Source of the DNA: Octopus sinensis
Lineage: Eukaryota
NCBI RefSeq assembly: GCF_006345805.1
Contig: NW_021833736.1
Coordinates: forward strand, 1 to 55,450
Length of the DNA stretch: 55,450 nucleotides
Direction of reading: 5' to 3'
Each line of letters opens with the position of its first letter. Position 1 is the first letter of the stretch. This document shows, piece after piece, positions 12,393 through 24,149 of the stretch. Position numbers and translations under genes: made by a program. The notes under the pieces were generated by a model that saw only the letters and a program-made list of their open reading frames with translations, searched no databases and had not been told where the DNA came from.

Positions 12393-12901
12393 GGGGGTGT
12401 TGTTATGTGCAGTGAAGTTTGAAATCTCAATAGAATTAGTTATTGGGGAATGATGGAATGAAAGGGGATGTGGGCATGTCTTTACGGTTTTTATTTTGCA
12501 CGTGAATGTGTGTATACTTGCCTTTGTACGTAGAAAAAGGGGGGAAACGCTTGCATTTGTTTGTGTATGTGTTGTTGTCTTGTGTATGTGTAAGAGTGAA
12601 CCGTGTGTATGCAAGTGTTGCATGCATAGGTGTGTAGTGTGCGTGTGGCCTGGTGAATATATGTAGTGGTGTGTAAAAGTGTTTATGGAGTTGTGCATAT
12701 TTTTCTATTACTCCCTACACACAAACACACGCGTACACATACACGCACACGCACGCACATATGTATATAGTGAAATACATACACACACACATACATATAT
12801 ATGGAGACACATGTATACAGATTCGTATGCGTGTGCAGGTGTGCACGTGACTGTATATTCGTGTAGATGTTCATATGAGTTTCGTGTTTTTTATATGTGA
12901 A

Positions 12902-13197
12902 CTAGCAGTATCGCCCGGCGTTGCTCGGGTTTGTAAGGGAAATAACTATATAAGCATCTTTAGAGAGTTATAGCCAAAAAATAGCAAAAAAATGCATTAA
13001 AAATGGAAAAAAAATGATGGTAAATTTTTTTTTAATCGTAGACTCATCGTAGACGCGCGCTAATACTCAGAAGGGCTCGATATGAATCACGACTATAAGA
13101 TACCCGGTTTTGGTTAAACTGCACCGCAAAATGTGGGAGTAGTTAGGAATCTAAATCGTAGGAGACAGACACACAGCCTTACTTTTATATATAAAGA
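12902..13197 (-). mobile_element. Non-autonomous Helitron
   Basis: On the minus strand: 5' TC start, 3' hairpin CCCGAGCAACGCCGGG then CTAG; inserted between A and T; no TSD. Confidence 0.9.
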
Positions 13198-13453
13198 TAT
13201 ACGTGTGGGGGGGGGGGCGTGTTTACGATACGTCCTCCAGTTCCCATTTCCCTTTCTAAAGTTCTGCGCAAATGATTTCTAGAAAGTTGGACTTAATCCT
13301 GGCACCTCCTCCATCTCTACTTCGATATTTTAAATCTCCAGTGTAGCTTCTGTTCAATGGTTAAAAGCTAAATCGAATTCAAGAGCAATGATTAATGTTG
13401 CTTGAACATATGTAGGTGTTCATATCATTGAACATACGTCAGTGTTTAGATCA

Positions 13454-13837
13454 TCTCTCTCTATATAAACGGCAGTTTGTCTGTGTGTGTTTCTGTGTGT
13501 CTGTTTGGTTGTACCCTCACCCTGACCACTGCTTTCAACCGATTCTGATGAAACTTGACACACACATAGCCCAATGTCATAATTCAAAACTAACGCAGCG
13601 AAAATTTTGAAAAGTTCCCCCAGTTCTGAAAAAAATCGATAAATTCGACATGGGGTCGAGAATCAGAAACCCAAACCACAGACCGTCTAGGGGACGCAAC
13701 TCCACTTTTTTAACTCTCAAAAAAAATTTACCATCATTTTTTTCCCATTTTTTTGCTATTTTTTGGCTATAACTCTCTAAAAATGCTTTATAGTTATTTC
13801 CCTTACAAACCTGAGCAACGCCGGGCGATACTGCTAG
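13454..13837 (+). mobile_element. Non-autonomous Helitron (different 5' subfamily)
   Basis: A|TCTCTCTCTATATAAAC...hairpin...CTAG|T. Confidence 0.9.
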
Positions 13838-13849
13838 TTGAACATATAA

Positions 13850-14167
13850 AAGACTCCGCCGGTTACGACGACGAGGGTCCCAGCTGATACGATCAACGGA
13901 ACAGCTTGCTCGTGAAATTAACGTGCAAATGGCTGAGCATTCCACAGACACGTGTACCCTTAACGTAGTTCTCGGGGATAATCAGCGTGACACAGAGAGT
14001 GACAAGGCTGACCCTTTGAAATACAAGTACAACTCATTTTTGCCAGCTGAGTGGACTGGAGCAACGTGAAATAAAGTGTCTTGCTCAAGGACACAACGCG
14101 TCGCCGGGAATCGAACTCACAACCTTACGATCATGAGCCGAATGCCCTAACCACTAAGCCACGCGCC
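13850..14167 (-). mobile_element. tRNA-derived SINE family D (CORE-like TGTGTCCTTGAGCAAGACACTT)
   Basis: A/B-box-like head; matches 27612-28026; flanking TTGAACATATA duplication. Confidence 0.9.
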
Positions 14168-14436
14168 CTCACCATTGAACATATATTCATGTCTAGGTGT
14201 GTAAATATTTACATGTTTCAGTCAGTTATAATCTGTAAACGACTACAAGTGTTTAAATGAGTAAAAATATGTACGTGTTTAGGCAGTGAACATACGCATG
14301 AGCTTACATCGGTGAATATATGTACATACTTAGATCAGTGAACACATATGGGTGTTTAGATTTGTGAATAGAGGTACAAATTTACATAAATAAATATGTC
14401 GCCTTTTAGACTAGTGAACATATTTTTATATATAAA

Positions 14437-14948
14437 CTAGCAGTATCGCCCGGCGTTGCTCGGGTTTGTAAGGGAAATAACTATATAAGCATTTTAGAGA
14501 GTTACTTCCCTTATAGATGCCAATTCGGGCTTTCTTAGCCATTTCTGTTTTGGTGCCTTCAAGCCATGAAGTCGTTGTTCTAAAAGAACGCTGGTCTCCT
14601 TGACAACGCTTTACGACGTTGATTTCCTTACACTCCCTTCCCCACAGCTTCACGAGGGAGGGAAGAAGGGGGAGAAGCAAACAGGTGCAGGTGTGACCAT
14701 GGACGCCAACTCCGCCGCCATCGACACACGAAAAATTATGCATTAAAATGGAATAAAAAATGATGTTAAATTATTTTTAAAATCGTAGACTCATCGTAGA
14801 CGCGCGCTAATACTCAGACGGGCTCGATATGAATCACGACTATAAGATACCCGGTTTTGGTTAAACTGCACCGCAAAATGTGGGAGTAGTTAGGAATCTA
14901 AATCGAAGGGGACAGACACTCACACAACTACAGTTTTATATATATAGA
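14437..14948 (-). mobile_element. Non-autonomous Helitron with ~230-bp extra internal segment
   Basis: Same ends as 12902-13197; unique segment at ~14510-14735. Confidence 0.85.
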
Positions 14949-15228
14949 AGTGAAGTTGTGTGTCTGTCTCCTACGATTTAGATTCCTAACTACTCCCACA
15001 TTTTGCGGTGCAGTTTAACCAAAACCGGGTATCTTATAGTCGTGATTCATCGAGCCCTTCTGGGTATTAGCGCGCGTCTACGATGAGTCTACGATTTAAA
15101 AAAAAATTTACCATCATTTTTTTTCCATTTTTAATGCATTTTTTTGCTTTTTTTGGCTATAACTCTCTAAAAATGCTTATATCGTTATTTCCCTTACAAA
15201 CCCGAGCAACGCCGGGCGATACTGCTAG
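14949..15228 (+). mobile_element. Non-autonomous Helitron, head-to-head with the previous copy
   Basis: Reverse complement of the 12902-13197 family; ends hairpin-CTAG|T. Confidence 0.9.
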
Positions 15229-15779
15229 TATAATATAAGGGTTTACATCCGTGAATATGTGTACGTGTTTAGATCTGTGAACATATGTAGGTGTTTAGAA
15301 TAGTGAACACATGCACAATTTTACATCAAGAAAAACATGTACGTGCTTAGAACAGTGAACATACATGTGTGTTTGGCTCAATAAAAACAAGCACGTGTTT
15401 AGGCTGGTGAACATGTTTTTAGATTAGTGAACACGTTTACATCTATGAAAACATGTACGTGCAGAGAACACTGAACACTTGCGGGTATTTAGGTCTGTGA
15501 AAATTATAGTTCATTTTTCGTGATCACTTATTTTCTATAGGAAGTTTAGTTTGGCTATGCTTTTGTTGTCAAAGTGGAGCACAATGGTTTTGCCGTGGAA
15601 TGATGAAACTATTTTTTTCATTTTCTGAAAAAGCAACATTTTGGACTTACGACACTTTCGTATAATAGTAACAATGTACATATATATATATATGTACATA
15701 TATAAGCATATTTATATACATGCATATATATATGTACATATATAAGCATATATATATATATACACATACATATATATGT

Positions 15780-15789
15780 ACATATATAA

Positions 15790-15841
<52 letters not shown>

Positions 15842-16013
15842 AAACATATATATATGTACATATATACACACATATATATAGATTAATAATTAAGGGTATT
15901 AATTGATATTTTATACCGTTATAGGTTTTTACGCATGCTAAACCGCTGTTATATTATAAATAATAATACCCTCATATATATGTATGCATATATATATATA
16001 GGTATACATACAT

Positions 16014-16044
<31 letters not shown>

Positions 16045-16257
16045 ATATATATATATATATACATATATATAAACATATATATATGTACATATATACACAC
16101 ATATATATAGATTAATAATTAAGGGTATTAATTGATATTTTATACCGTTATAGGTTTTTACGCATGCTAAACCGCTGTTATTATTATAAATAATAATACC
16201 CTCATATATATGTATGCATATATATATATATATATATATATATAGGTATACATACAT

Positions 16258-16260
<3 letters not shown>
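15780..16260. repeat. ~229-bp tandem duplication of a (TA)n-embedded unit
   Basis: GATTAATAATTAAGGGTATT...AATACCCTC at ~15881 and ~16110. Confidence 0.9.
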
Positions 16261-16306
<46 letters not shown>

Positions 16307-16804
16307 CATACATATGCACACACAAATGTGGTAGGCGGGACCCGGACACATTTATTCGAACGAGACGGTTATTAACCTAATGAAAAAATATGAACCATTT
16401 ACTGATATTTTACAGGATGCTGAGTAGAGATCTGCTGGGAAAAGTTATGATAGCAATTACGATACTTAGTGAAATGACTTCACCTACCCGTGAAGTGCAA
16501 ACTAATGAAACCAAGGAAATCCATGAGTATATATATACATGTACTTGTATTAAGATAGGTGTTTGTGTGTGTGTGCATGTGTTTGTTCATACAGGGTTGG
16601 AGGAGAATTTGAAGACATTTAGTTATCAATATATTCCAACTGGTTAAAAGGCTTTTATTTTTTTCATATCCCTTTTGGCTGATAATTTACTCACGCAACG
16701 CAAGAAGTGAAAAGACACGATCATTGTTAGCATACGTTCGGAACATAGTGATTAGGTAATTGCTAATTTTCTAAATGTTGCAAGATTTTTTTGTTTATAT
16801 AAAA

Positions 16805-17202
16805 CTAGCAGTATCGCCCGGCGTTGCTTGGGTTTGTAAGGGAAATAACTATATAAGCATTTTTAGAGAGTTATAGCCAAAATATAGCAAAAAATGCATT
16901 AAAAATGGAAAAAAATTGATGGTAAATTTTTTTTAAATCGTTGACTAACCGTAGACATTTTTAGAGAGTTACTTCCCTTATTTAATAGCGAAAAATGCAT
17001 TAAAATGGAAAAAAATGATGGTAATTTTTTTTTTTAATCGTAGACTCATCGTAGACGCGCGCTAATACCCAGAATGGCTCGATATGAATCACGACTATAA
17101 GATACCCGGTTTTGGTTAAACTGCACCGCAAAATGTGGGAGTAGTTAGGAATCTAAATCGTAGGAGACAGACAGCACACAACCTTACTTTTATATATAAA
17201 GA
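16805..17202 (-). mobile_element. Non-autonomous Helitron with internal ~100-bp duplication
   Basis: Family ends present; TTTTAGAGAGTTA...AAATCG block duplicated. Confidence 0.9.
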
Positions 17203-17331
17203 TAGGCATGGAACACGAAACCCTCGGAAGGAATGTTTCAACTGCATCAAAGATAAAAAGAAATACATTCTCTAAACGTTCGTATACAGTAAGAACATCT
17301 TAATTTATCCAGCAAGTTCAAAATATTATCG

Positions 17332-18600
17332 ATGGCGGTCCTGAACGTAATATATAAATGGGCTGATGAGAATAATATGCAGTTCAATGGCACAAAATTT
17401 CAAGCACTCACCTATCAGCCCACAAACAAACTACAGCTGAAGTACACGGGACCAGCAGGTTATGTAATCCCAGATTTAGAGTCGGTGCGTGACCTGGGAA
17501 TTCACATGAGCAGCGACGCAACTTTCCATGTGCACATTTCTCAGATGGTAACACTATGCAGGCGAGTGGCAGGTTTGATCCTTAGATCCTTCAGGACCAC
17601 GAACCGAGACTCAATGCTTCTGCTTTGGAGAACCTTTCTTCTCAGTCGTCTAGACTACTGCTCCCAATTGTGGTCCCCACTGAGTGTCAAACTAATTGCG
17701 AAACTAGAGGCAATCCAACGCCACTACACAAAGAAGATAGACTCAATAAAACACATGGGTTACTGGGAGAGGCTGAAGAAACTGGGACTCTACTCCCTGG
17801 AAAGGAGACGGGAGAGATATGGGATCTTTTCGGTTTGAACGGCAGTTTTTTTAGCAGTGTCATTTGAAATTGTCACCCATAATTATGACCCTAGTATCGA
17901 TCTATTGCATTTCAATCTGTTTTAGGGTTAGGGTTAGGGGTGGGGGAAGGGTATCTTTTTTCTTCAGAAATGTAAATAAACCCAATCTGTTTCTTAAACG
18001 AGGGACATATTCATACGGCACAGAATGTTTTATACCTCAATAGACGTCAGTGATTGGTTGAAATTGCAGAAATTGAAGAAAAATACAGAAAATATCTTAC
18101 AAACTATAGAATTTTCTCAATAAAGCCAAGAGAAAAATATGTTTTATAAACACATTCTACCAGTATACGAAGTTTAAAAGTGTTTAGTTACGTGGAAATT
18201 ATTTTTAAAAACAGCCGTTCAAACAGTCCTGTACATGTAGAAAATAGTGGAGGGTCTACAACAATCTCCGAATTGGACGGCACTGCACAGTTCCATCTGC
18301 TACATCGAGGATACGAACCCAATATTGTAATAGCCTGGGATTCAAGGGACCATAACTTTTTAATGCGCTACTACAGAACATCAGGGAATCTGCAAATGTA
18401 GACATGGAAGTCTTCAAAAAACGTCTAAATAGTTTTTTAATCAGCAATACCGGATGAACCCACATCGCGGCAGGAGGGATAAAGAAGAGCGGCATCGTCC
18501 AACTGGTTCCTTCACCAGAAGCAATACTGGAAAAATCCCCGGATGAAATAAAGGCGGTGCACCAGCATGGCCTCATCCTCTGGCTGAAACCCATAAATGA
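17332..18600 (+). pseudogene. 5'-truncated CR1/L2-group LINE ORF2 C-terminus, interrupted by a MITE
   Basis: IYKWADENNMQFNGTKF...VRDLGI...SRLDYCSQLWSP...LYSLERRRERY-[MITE]-VLYM*KIVEGL...GFKGP*LFNAL...FKKRLNSFL. Confidence 0.9.
17822..18224 (+). mobile_element. MITE (8-bp-TSD family), right TIR truncated
   Basis: Body matches 5223-5635. Confidence 0.9.
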
Positions 18601-18604
18601 AATA

Positions 18605-18990
18605 TTATGTATGTATATATATATTGTATATGTATATATATTTTATATGTATATATATATGTGTGTGCGTGTATATTGTATGTATATATATATATTTTAT
18701 ATATTATGTGTATGTGTATGTGTTTATATATATTTTATATATTATGTGTATGTGGTTATATATATTTTATATATTATGTGTATATTATATATATATATAT
18801 ATTTTATATATTATGTGTATGTGTATGTGTTTATATATATATTTTATATATTATGTGTATGTGGTTATATATATTTTATATATTATGTGTATATTATATA
18901 TATATATATTTTTTATATATTATGTGTATGTGTATATATATATATATATTATATATATTATATGTATATATATATATATTATATATGTGC
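18605..18990. repeat. TA/TG compound minisatellite
   Basis: TATTTTATATATTATGTG unit recurs. Confidence 0.9.
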
Positions 18991-19588
18991 ATGTGTGTGT
19001 ATGTGAAAGACTGTGTGGTGTATGTATACTTGTGATTCTGTTGAAGTGAAACTCGGACACATACACACGTGCACACAGTACACATATACATACATACGTA
19101 CACACATATACATACATACATACGTACGTACATATAAAACAAGCACACACACACATAACAGACTAACAATTACAAATGCAGATGCAAACACATACACACA
19201 CACACGGACACACGGACACACGCACGCACATGCACTAATATTAGACTGTTCCAGTTATCATTTCCTCAGATCTTCTCTCGAGATGACTTACGTCCGTCCG
19301 CTGCAAATTCAATGATCAAATACGCGGTGCCCTTTTATTCACATGTCTGTCATATGTTCACTCAGATATCTTCAACCTGTGACCTCATACATATCTGACT
19401 GGCCTAAATGCTGGCTGTGCTTAATGGCCTCCACAACGGAGATGAGCAAGAGAGCGTCTTCCGATGTTTATCGTTTTACTTTTTTCGCGTTTAAGTCATT
19501 GGATTACGGCCATACTGCAGCTCAGCTTTGACGGGTTCTAAACGAATGAATCAATTCCAGTACTTGTTTTTGTTTTTATAAAGCCTAG

Positions 19589-20017
19589 GGATCTTTACGG
19601 TTTGAACGGCAGTTTTTTCTAGCGGTGTCATATGAAATTGTCACCCATAATTATGACCCTAGTATCGATCTATTGCATTTCAATCTGTTTTAGGGTTAGG
19701 GTTAGTTAGGGTTAGGGTTAGGGGTGGGGGGAAGGGTATCTTTTTTTCTTTTCACAAATGTAAATAAACCATCTGTTTCTTAAACGAGGGACATATTCAT
19801 ACGGCACAGAATGTTTTTCCACCTCAATGACGTCATTGATTGTTGAAATTGCAGAAATTGAAGAAAAAAAACAACAAATATCTTACAAACTTAGAATTTT
19901 CTCAATAAAGCCAAGAGAAAAAGATGTTTTATAAACACATTCTACCAGTATACGAAGTTTAAAATTTTTTAGTTACCTAGATTATATTAAAAACTGCCGT
20001 TCAAACCGAAAAGATCC
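19589..20017 (+). mobile_element. MITE (8-bp-TSD family)
   Basis: Full TIRs; TSD AAGCCTAG. Confidence 0.95.
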
Positions 20018-20430
20018 AAGCCTAGAGTTAAAACTATGCGTCTCTTTTTGCCTGACCACTAACTTACGGTTGTCAAACGCTGGTGAGGGGCAAACACGCA
20101 TACACACACACACACACACATGCACACATACTCACACACATTTATGTGTGTGTGTATGCGAAAGAAGAGAAAAAGGCATTAAAAAATCCAGGCAGATATA
20201 AAAAAAAACATTCAGTTTTAAACGAATTTGGTTAACTCTTTCCTAACAATAAGATACCAATAAATGCTACTGGAATAAACATCCAAGGTAATTCTTTATG
20301 TATGACAAGTAAATCCAAATATCATTTCGAAGAATTTCGAGAAATTCAGAGTATTAGACACCAAAGACGTGTATAGAGAAAATCAAATCTTTAGTTGTAG
20401 AATTCACTTTACAAAACCGATAACTGTTTC

Positions 20431-21030
20431 TTATTTCTTTACTGCCCACAAGGGGCTAAACATAGAGGGCACAAACATGGACAGTCAAAGGGATTAAGTC
20501 GATTACATCGACCCCAGTGCGTAACTGGTACTTAATTTATCGACCCCGACAGGATGAAAGGCAAAGTCGACCTCAGCGGAATTTGAACTCAGAGCGTAAC
20601 GGCAGACGAAATACTTATTTCTTTACTACCCACAAGGGGCTGAACACAGAGAGGACAAACAAGGACAGACAAACGGATTAAGTCGATTATATCGACCCCA
20701 GTGCGTAGCTGGTACTAATTTAATCGATCCCGAAAGGATGAAGGCAAAGTCGACCTCGGCGGAATTTGAACTCAGAACGTAACAGCAGACGAAATACTTA
20801 TTTCTTTACTACCCACAAGGGGCTAAACACAGAGGCAACAAACAAGGACAGACAAACGGATTAAGTCGATTATATCGACCCCAGTGCGTAACTGGTACTA
20901 ATTTAATCGATCCCGAAAGGATGAAAGGCAAAGTCGACCTCGGCGGAATTTGAAATCAGAACGTAACGGCAAACGAAATACTGCTAAGCATTTCGCCCGG
21001 TGTGCTAACGTTTCTGCCAGGTCGCCGCTT
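20431..21030 (-). mobile_element. Tandem trimer of SINE family A
   Basis: Units start at ~20431, 20616 and 20798; flanking AAA[A/G]CCGATAA[C/T]TGTTTCT duplication. Confidence 0.95.
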
Positions 21031-21184
21031 TAAAGCCGATAATTGTTTCTGCTGTATTAACATGTGAAAATATAGAAAATATCTTTGAAATAAATACTTC
21101 CGGAAATACACATTATCACAACGTTTTCAAGGTGATCCAAAGTTAGTTAAATTTGCTATATTTACAAATGTTAATACAGCAGAA

Positions 21185-21483
21185 GGAGGCACATGGCCTA
21201 ATGGTTAGAGAAGCGGGCTCGCGGTCGAGCGATCGCGCGTTCGAATCTCAACCCGAGCGATGTGTGTGTGTTTATGAGCGAAACACCTAAGCTCCACGCG
21301 GCTCCTGCAGAAGGTAATGGCGAACTTCTGCTGACTCTTTTGCCACAACTTTCTCTCACTCTTCCCTCCTGCATCTTGCAGTTCACCTGCGACGGATCGG
21401 CGTCCCGTCCAGGTGGGAAACCTATACGCCAAGGAAACTGTGAAACCAGCCCTTATGAGCCAGGCATGACTCGGGAAGGAACA
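21185..21483 (+). mobile_element. SINE family B with 10-bp TSD
   Basis: AATACAGCAG at 21173 and 21487. Confidence 0.9.
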
Positions 21484-21884
21484 AAGAATACAGCAGGGAC
21501 AATTGTCGGTTTTGTAAGGTGAATTCTACAGTTAAAGAGGCCATTTTCTCTATACGATATATATATATGCTGTATTGAATACTTGACGTGGTTTTAGAGT
21601 CAGGTTTTGACTGCTATTTCAAGCATGGTGGTATCTCTTGGATACCTTTATTTATAATTAATAATTATTATAACTTCTAAGGTATTTATCTTCTTATGCT
21701 CCCAATAGATTTGATCGCTACTTAAAATAACGATCTTGTACTTATTTATGTATATTTATATATATGCTAGATGTGTCGAAACAATTGTGATTAATAATAA
21801 ATTCTCGTATAACCCATCTTTCATCTTTCATTTGCCATATATATATATATATATATATATACAGTGTGTATGTGTGTGTGTAGA

Positions 21885-22060
21885 CGCAGGCGTGGCTGTG
21901 TGGTGAGAAGCTTGCTTCCCAACCACATGGTTCTGGGGTCAGTCCCACAGCGCAGCACTTTGGGCAAGTGCTTTCTACTATAGCCTCGGGCCGACTAAAG
22001 CCTTGTGAGTGAATTTGCTAGACGGAAACGGAAAGAAGCCCATCGTATATATGTATATAT
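21885..22060 (+). mobile_element. SINE family C 5' half
   Basis: GCAGGCGTGGCTGTGTGG...CTTTGGGCAAGTGCTTT. Confidence 0.85.
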
Positions 22061-22278
22061 CTGTGCCGTATGAATATGTCCCTCGTTTAAGAAACAGATT
22101 GGGTTTATTTACATTTCTGAAGAAAAAAGATACCATTCCCCCACCCCTAACCCTAATCCTAACTAGCGCTAACCTTAAAAGAGATTGAAATGCAATAGAT
22201 CGATACAAGGTCGTAATTATGGGTGACAATTTCCTATGACACCGCTAGAAAAAACTGCCGTTCAAACCGAAAAGATCT
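22061..22278 (-). mobile_element. Half copy of the 8-bp-TSD MITE
   Basis: One TIR plus the TAACCC-bearing half of the body. Confidence 0.85.
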
Positions 22279-22355
22279 GATATCCCTGTTTTCTAACTTA
22301 ACTTATTACACACACAAACACACACACACACCACACAACACACACACACACACAC

Positions 22356-22412
<57 letters not shown>

Positions 22413-22895
22413 ATATATTCTTTGCGGGCATAAGACTTGAAATCTTCTTGCATTCCCTCCTTACGTCTTAGCTGACAGGAAAGATGAGGAGTGATCAGCT
22501 GAAATTCTTAGGCACTTCAAAATTTTTCGTGCTTTCCACCGATATTGCCGTGAGATGAGGAACTGTCTCTTTCTTTCTTTTCTTCTCCCCTTCTCTCTCA
22601 TATCAATAGACAGTATTCCAGCTTACAATGTCGTCAGATGTTTTAGCATTCCGCTAGTATGTATGTCGTCCTCTAACTGTAGTTTTTCTAAAAAAACTCC
22701 GAAGCTGGAGCTGGGTGGGATGTGAAATTCTGTATGCAGAATGTAGCAGACAACAAATACAGCAAACCGATTTTAACACGATATTATTTATAGCTTCATC
22801 TACTTCGAGTCCCACAGTTAAAAACTACTCGTTTCGCGTGTGCAACTCCCTAACCTAGTAGACCACGCGCCTATATATATATATATATATATAAT

Positions 22896-22930
<35 letters not shown>

Positions 22931-22964
22931 CATACACAGAGAGAGTGGGAGAGAGAGAGAGAAT

Positions 22965-23110
22965 TCACAAAAAAAAAACAAAAGACGAAAAACAGGTGGT
23001 GTAGACAACAAACAGATGCATTTGTATAACGCTCGGGAAGTGAAAAAGTCTTTAACGTTTCGAGTCTACGCTCTTCCACAGAAAGGAACACAGAAAGAAA
23101 CAAGGAGAGA
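22965..23110 (-). mobile_element. Second copy of the short (TA)n-abutting hammerhead-like element
   Basis: Homologous to 4300-4480. Confidence 0.6.
23050..23085 (-). ncRNA. Minimal type I hammerhead-like motif, core variant CUGUGGA
   Basis: CTTT-CTGTGGA-A-GAGC gtag ACTC-GAAA-CG-TT-AAAG; one mismatch in helix II. Confidence 0.4.
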
Positions 23111-23374
23111 ATATATATATACATATTGCGTTGGTGCCTTTTTCAGTAAATTTTAATTAAGAAAAACAATAACAATATTTAATTAAAACATCTTTAAATG
23201 ACGATCTGGCCGTCTGTCAAGCAGTAATTGAAGTAGATGGCGAAGATGCTCCGGAATACTCATTTAAAGATGTTTTTGTTACATCTTGCTATTGTTTTTG
23301 TTGGATACATATGTTGAAAAAAAAAAACGCAATAATTATGCACCAACCCAATACACGCATACACACACACACAT

Positions 23375-23545
23375 ATTGTAATGTTGTTATCAGTCTGAAT
23401 ATGCTAGATGCACGTTCGAATTGGGGAACAAGCTACTCATACTGCGTTGTGTCACAGAAAATATTTTCCATGACGAAACGCACTGAGTAGCTTGTTCCCC
23501 AGTTCGAACGTGCATCAAGCATATTCGGACTGATAACATTACAAT
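23375..23545. repeat. ~170-bp foldback palindrome (MITE-like)
   Basis: Near-perfect ~62-65-bp arms; the spacer also partly self-pairs. Confidence 0.85.
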
Positions 23546-23639
23546 CTTACTTACTGCGGCTTAGCGCTCGCCTTTGTAATATATATATATATATATATTA
23601 TATAATATATATATATACATGTATGTATGTGTGTATGTA

Positions 23640-23795
23640 CGTATGAGTTTCTGCGTTTGTCCCCCGCCATCGCTAGACAACGATGCTGATGTGTTTATAT
23701 CCCCTAACTTAGCCGTTCGATTTCTTCAACTAAAACTCTTTAAGGCGGTGCTCCAGCATGGCCGCAGTTAAATGACTGAAATCAAAGAATAAAAG
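23640..23795 (+). mobile_element. SINE family C 3' part
   Basis: GGCGGTGCTCCAGCATGGCCGCAG tail. Confidence 0.8.
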
Positions 23796-23846
23796 AATAT
23801 ATATATAAATAAATAATTAAATAAATATATATATATATATATATAT

Positions 23847-24136
23847 ATAATACAAAATGAGATACGAACGCAAAAATCCGCGACAGCTAGGTGAAACAAA
23901 AAGGGACAACAAAACATCCAGATAGGCGATACAAAGAAAACAAGGACGGGTCGTTCGAAGTACTCTTTCCTCAGTCAAGCACCAGATTATCCTCGCAATT
24001 TCGGCTGACTGAGGAAAGAAAACTTCGAATAACCCGTCCTTGTTTTCTTTGTATCGCCTATCTGGATGTTCTGTTGTCCCTTTTTGTATCACCTACCTGT
24101 CCGGATGTTTTGTGTTCTTGTCCCATTTTGTATTAT
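23847..24136. repeat. Inverted repeat (~130-bp arms, 28-nt spacer) flanked by (TA)n; probable inverted PLE termini
   Basis: Arms 23847-23977 and 24006-24136; degenerate CTGAGGA...CGTC motif at the inner ends. Confidence 0.8.
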
Positions 24137-24149
24137 ATATATATATATA

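Larger units (their letters stand above)
13390..15500. repeat. Degenerate GTGAACATATGTACGTGTTTAGA-type minisatellite, interrupted by several TEs
   Basis: Units visible at 13390-13453, 14175-14430 and 15230-15500. Confidence 0.75.

Noticed and set aside
16390-16647. ORF MNHLLIFYRMLSRDLLGKVMIAITIL... as a secreted-protein exon
   Set aside because: Weak donor, runs into a microsatellite, and has no recognisable homology.
19235-19275. CTGAGGA...GGAA..GTC motif on the minus strand
   Set aside because: GAAA is absent and neither helix I nor helix II pairs.
19690-19735. True or interstitial telomere
   Set aside because: Only a few TTAGGG units, internal to a MITE.
20431-21030. CRISPR-like repeat arrays (also 41279 and 52038)
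   Set aside because: Units are whole duplicated blocks without unique spacers; no cas genes; eukaryotic context.
22599-22645. 47-nt exon candidate after a long pyrimidine tract
   Set aside because: Splice-like signals alone are common in CT-rich DNA, and there is no compatible neighbouring exon or homology.
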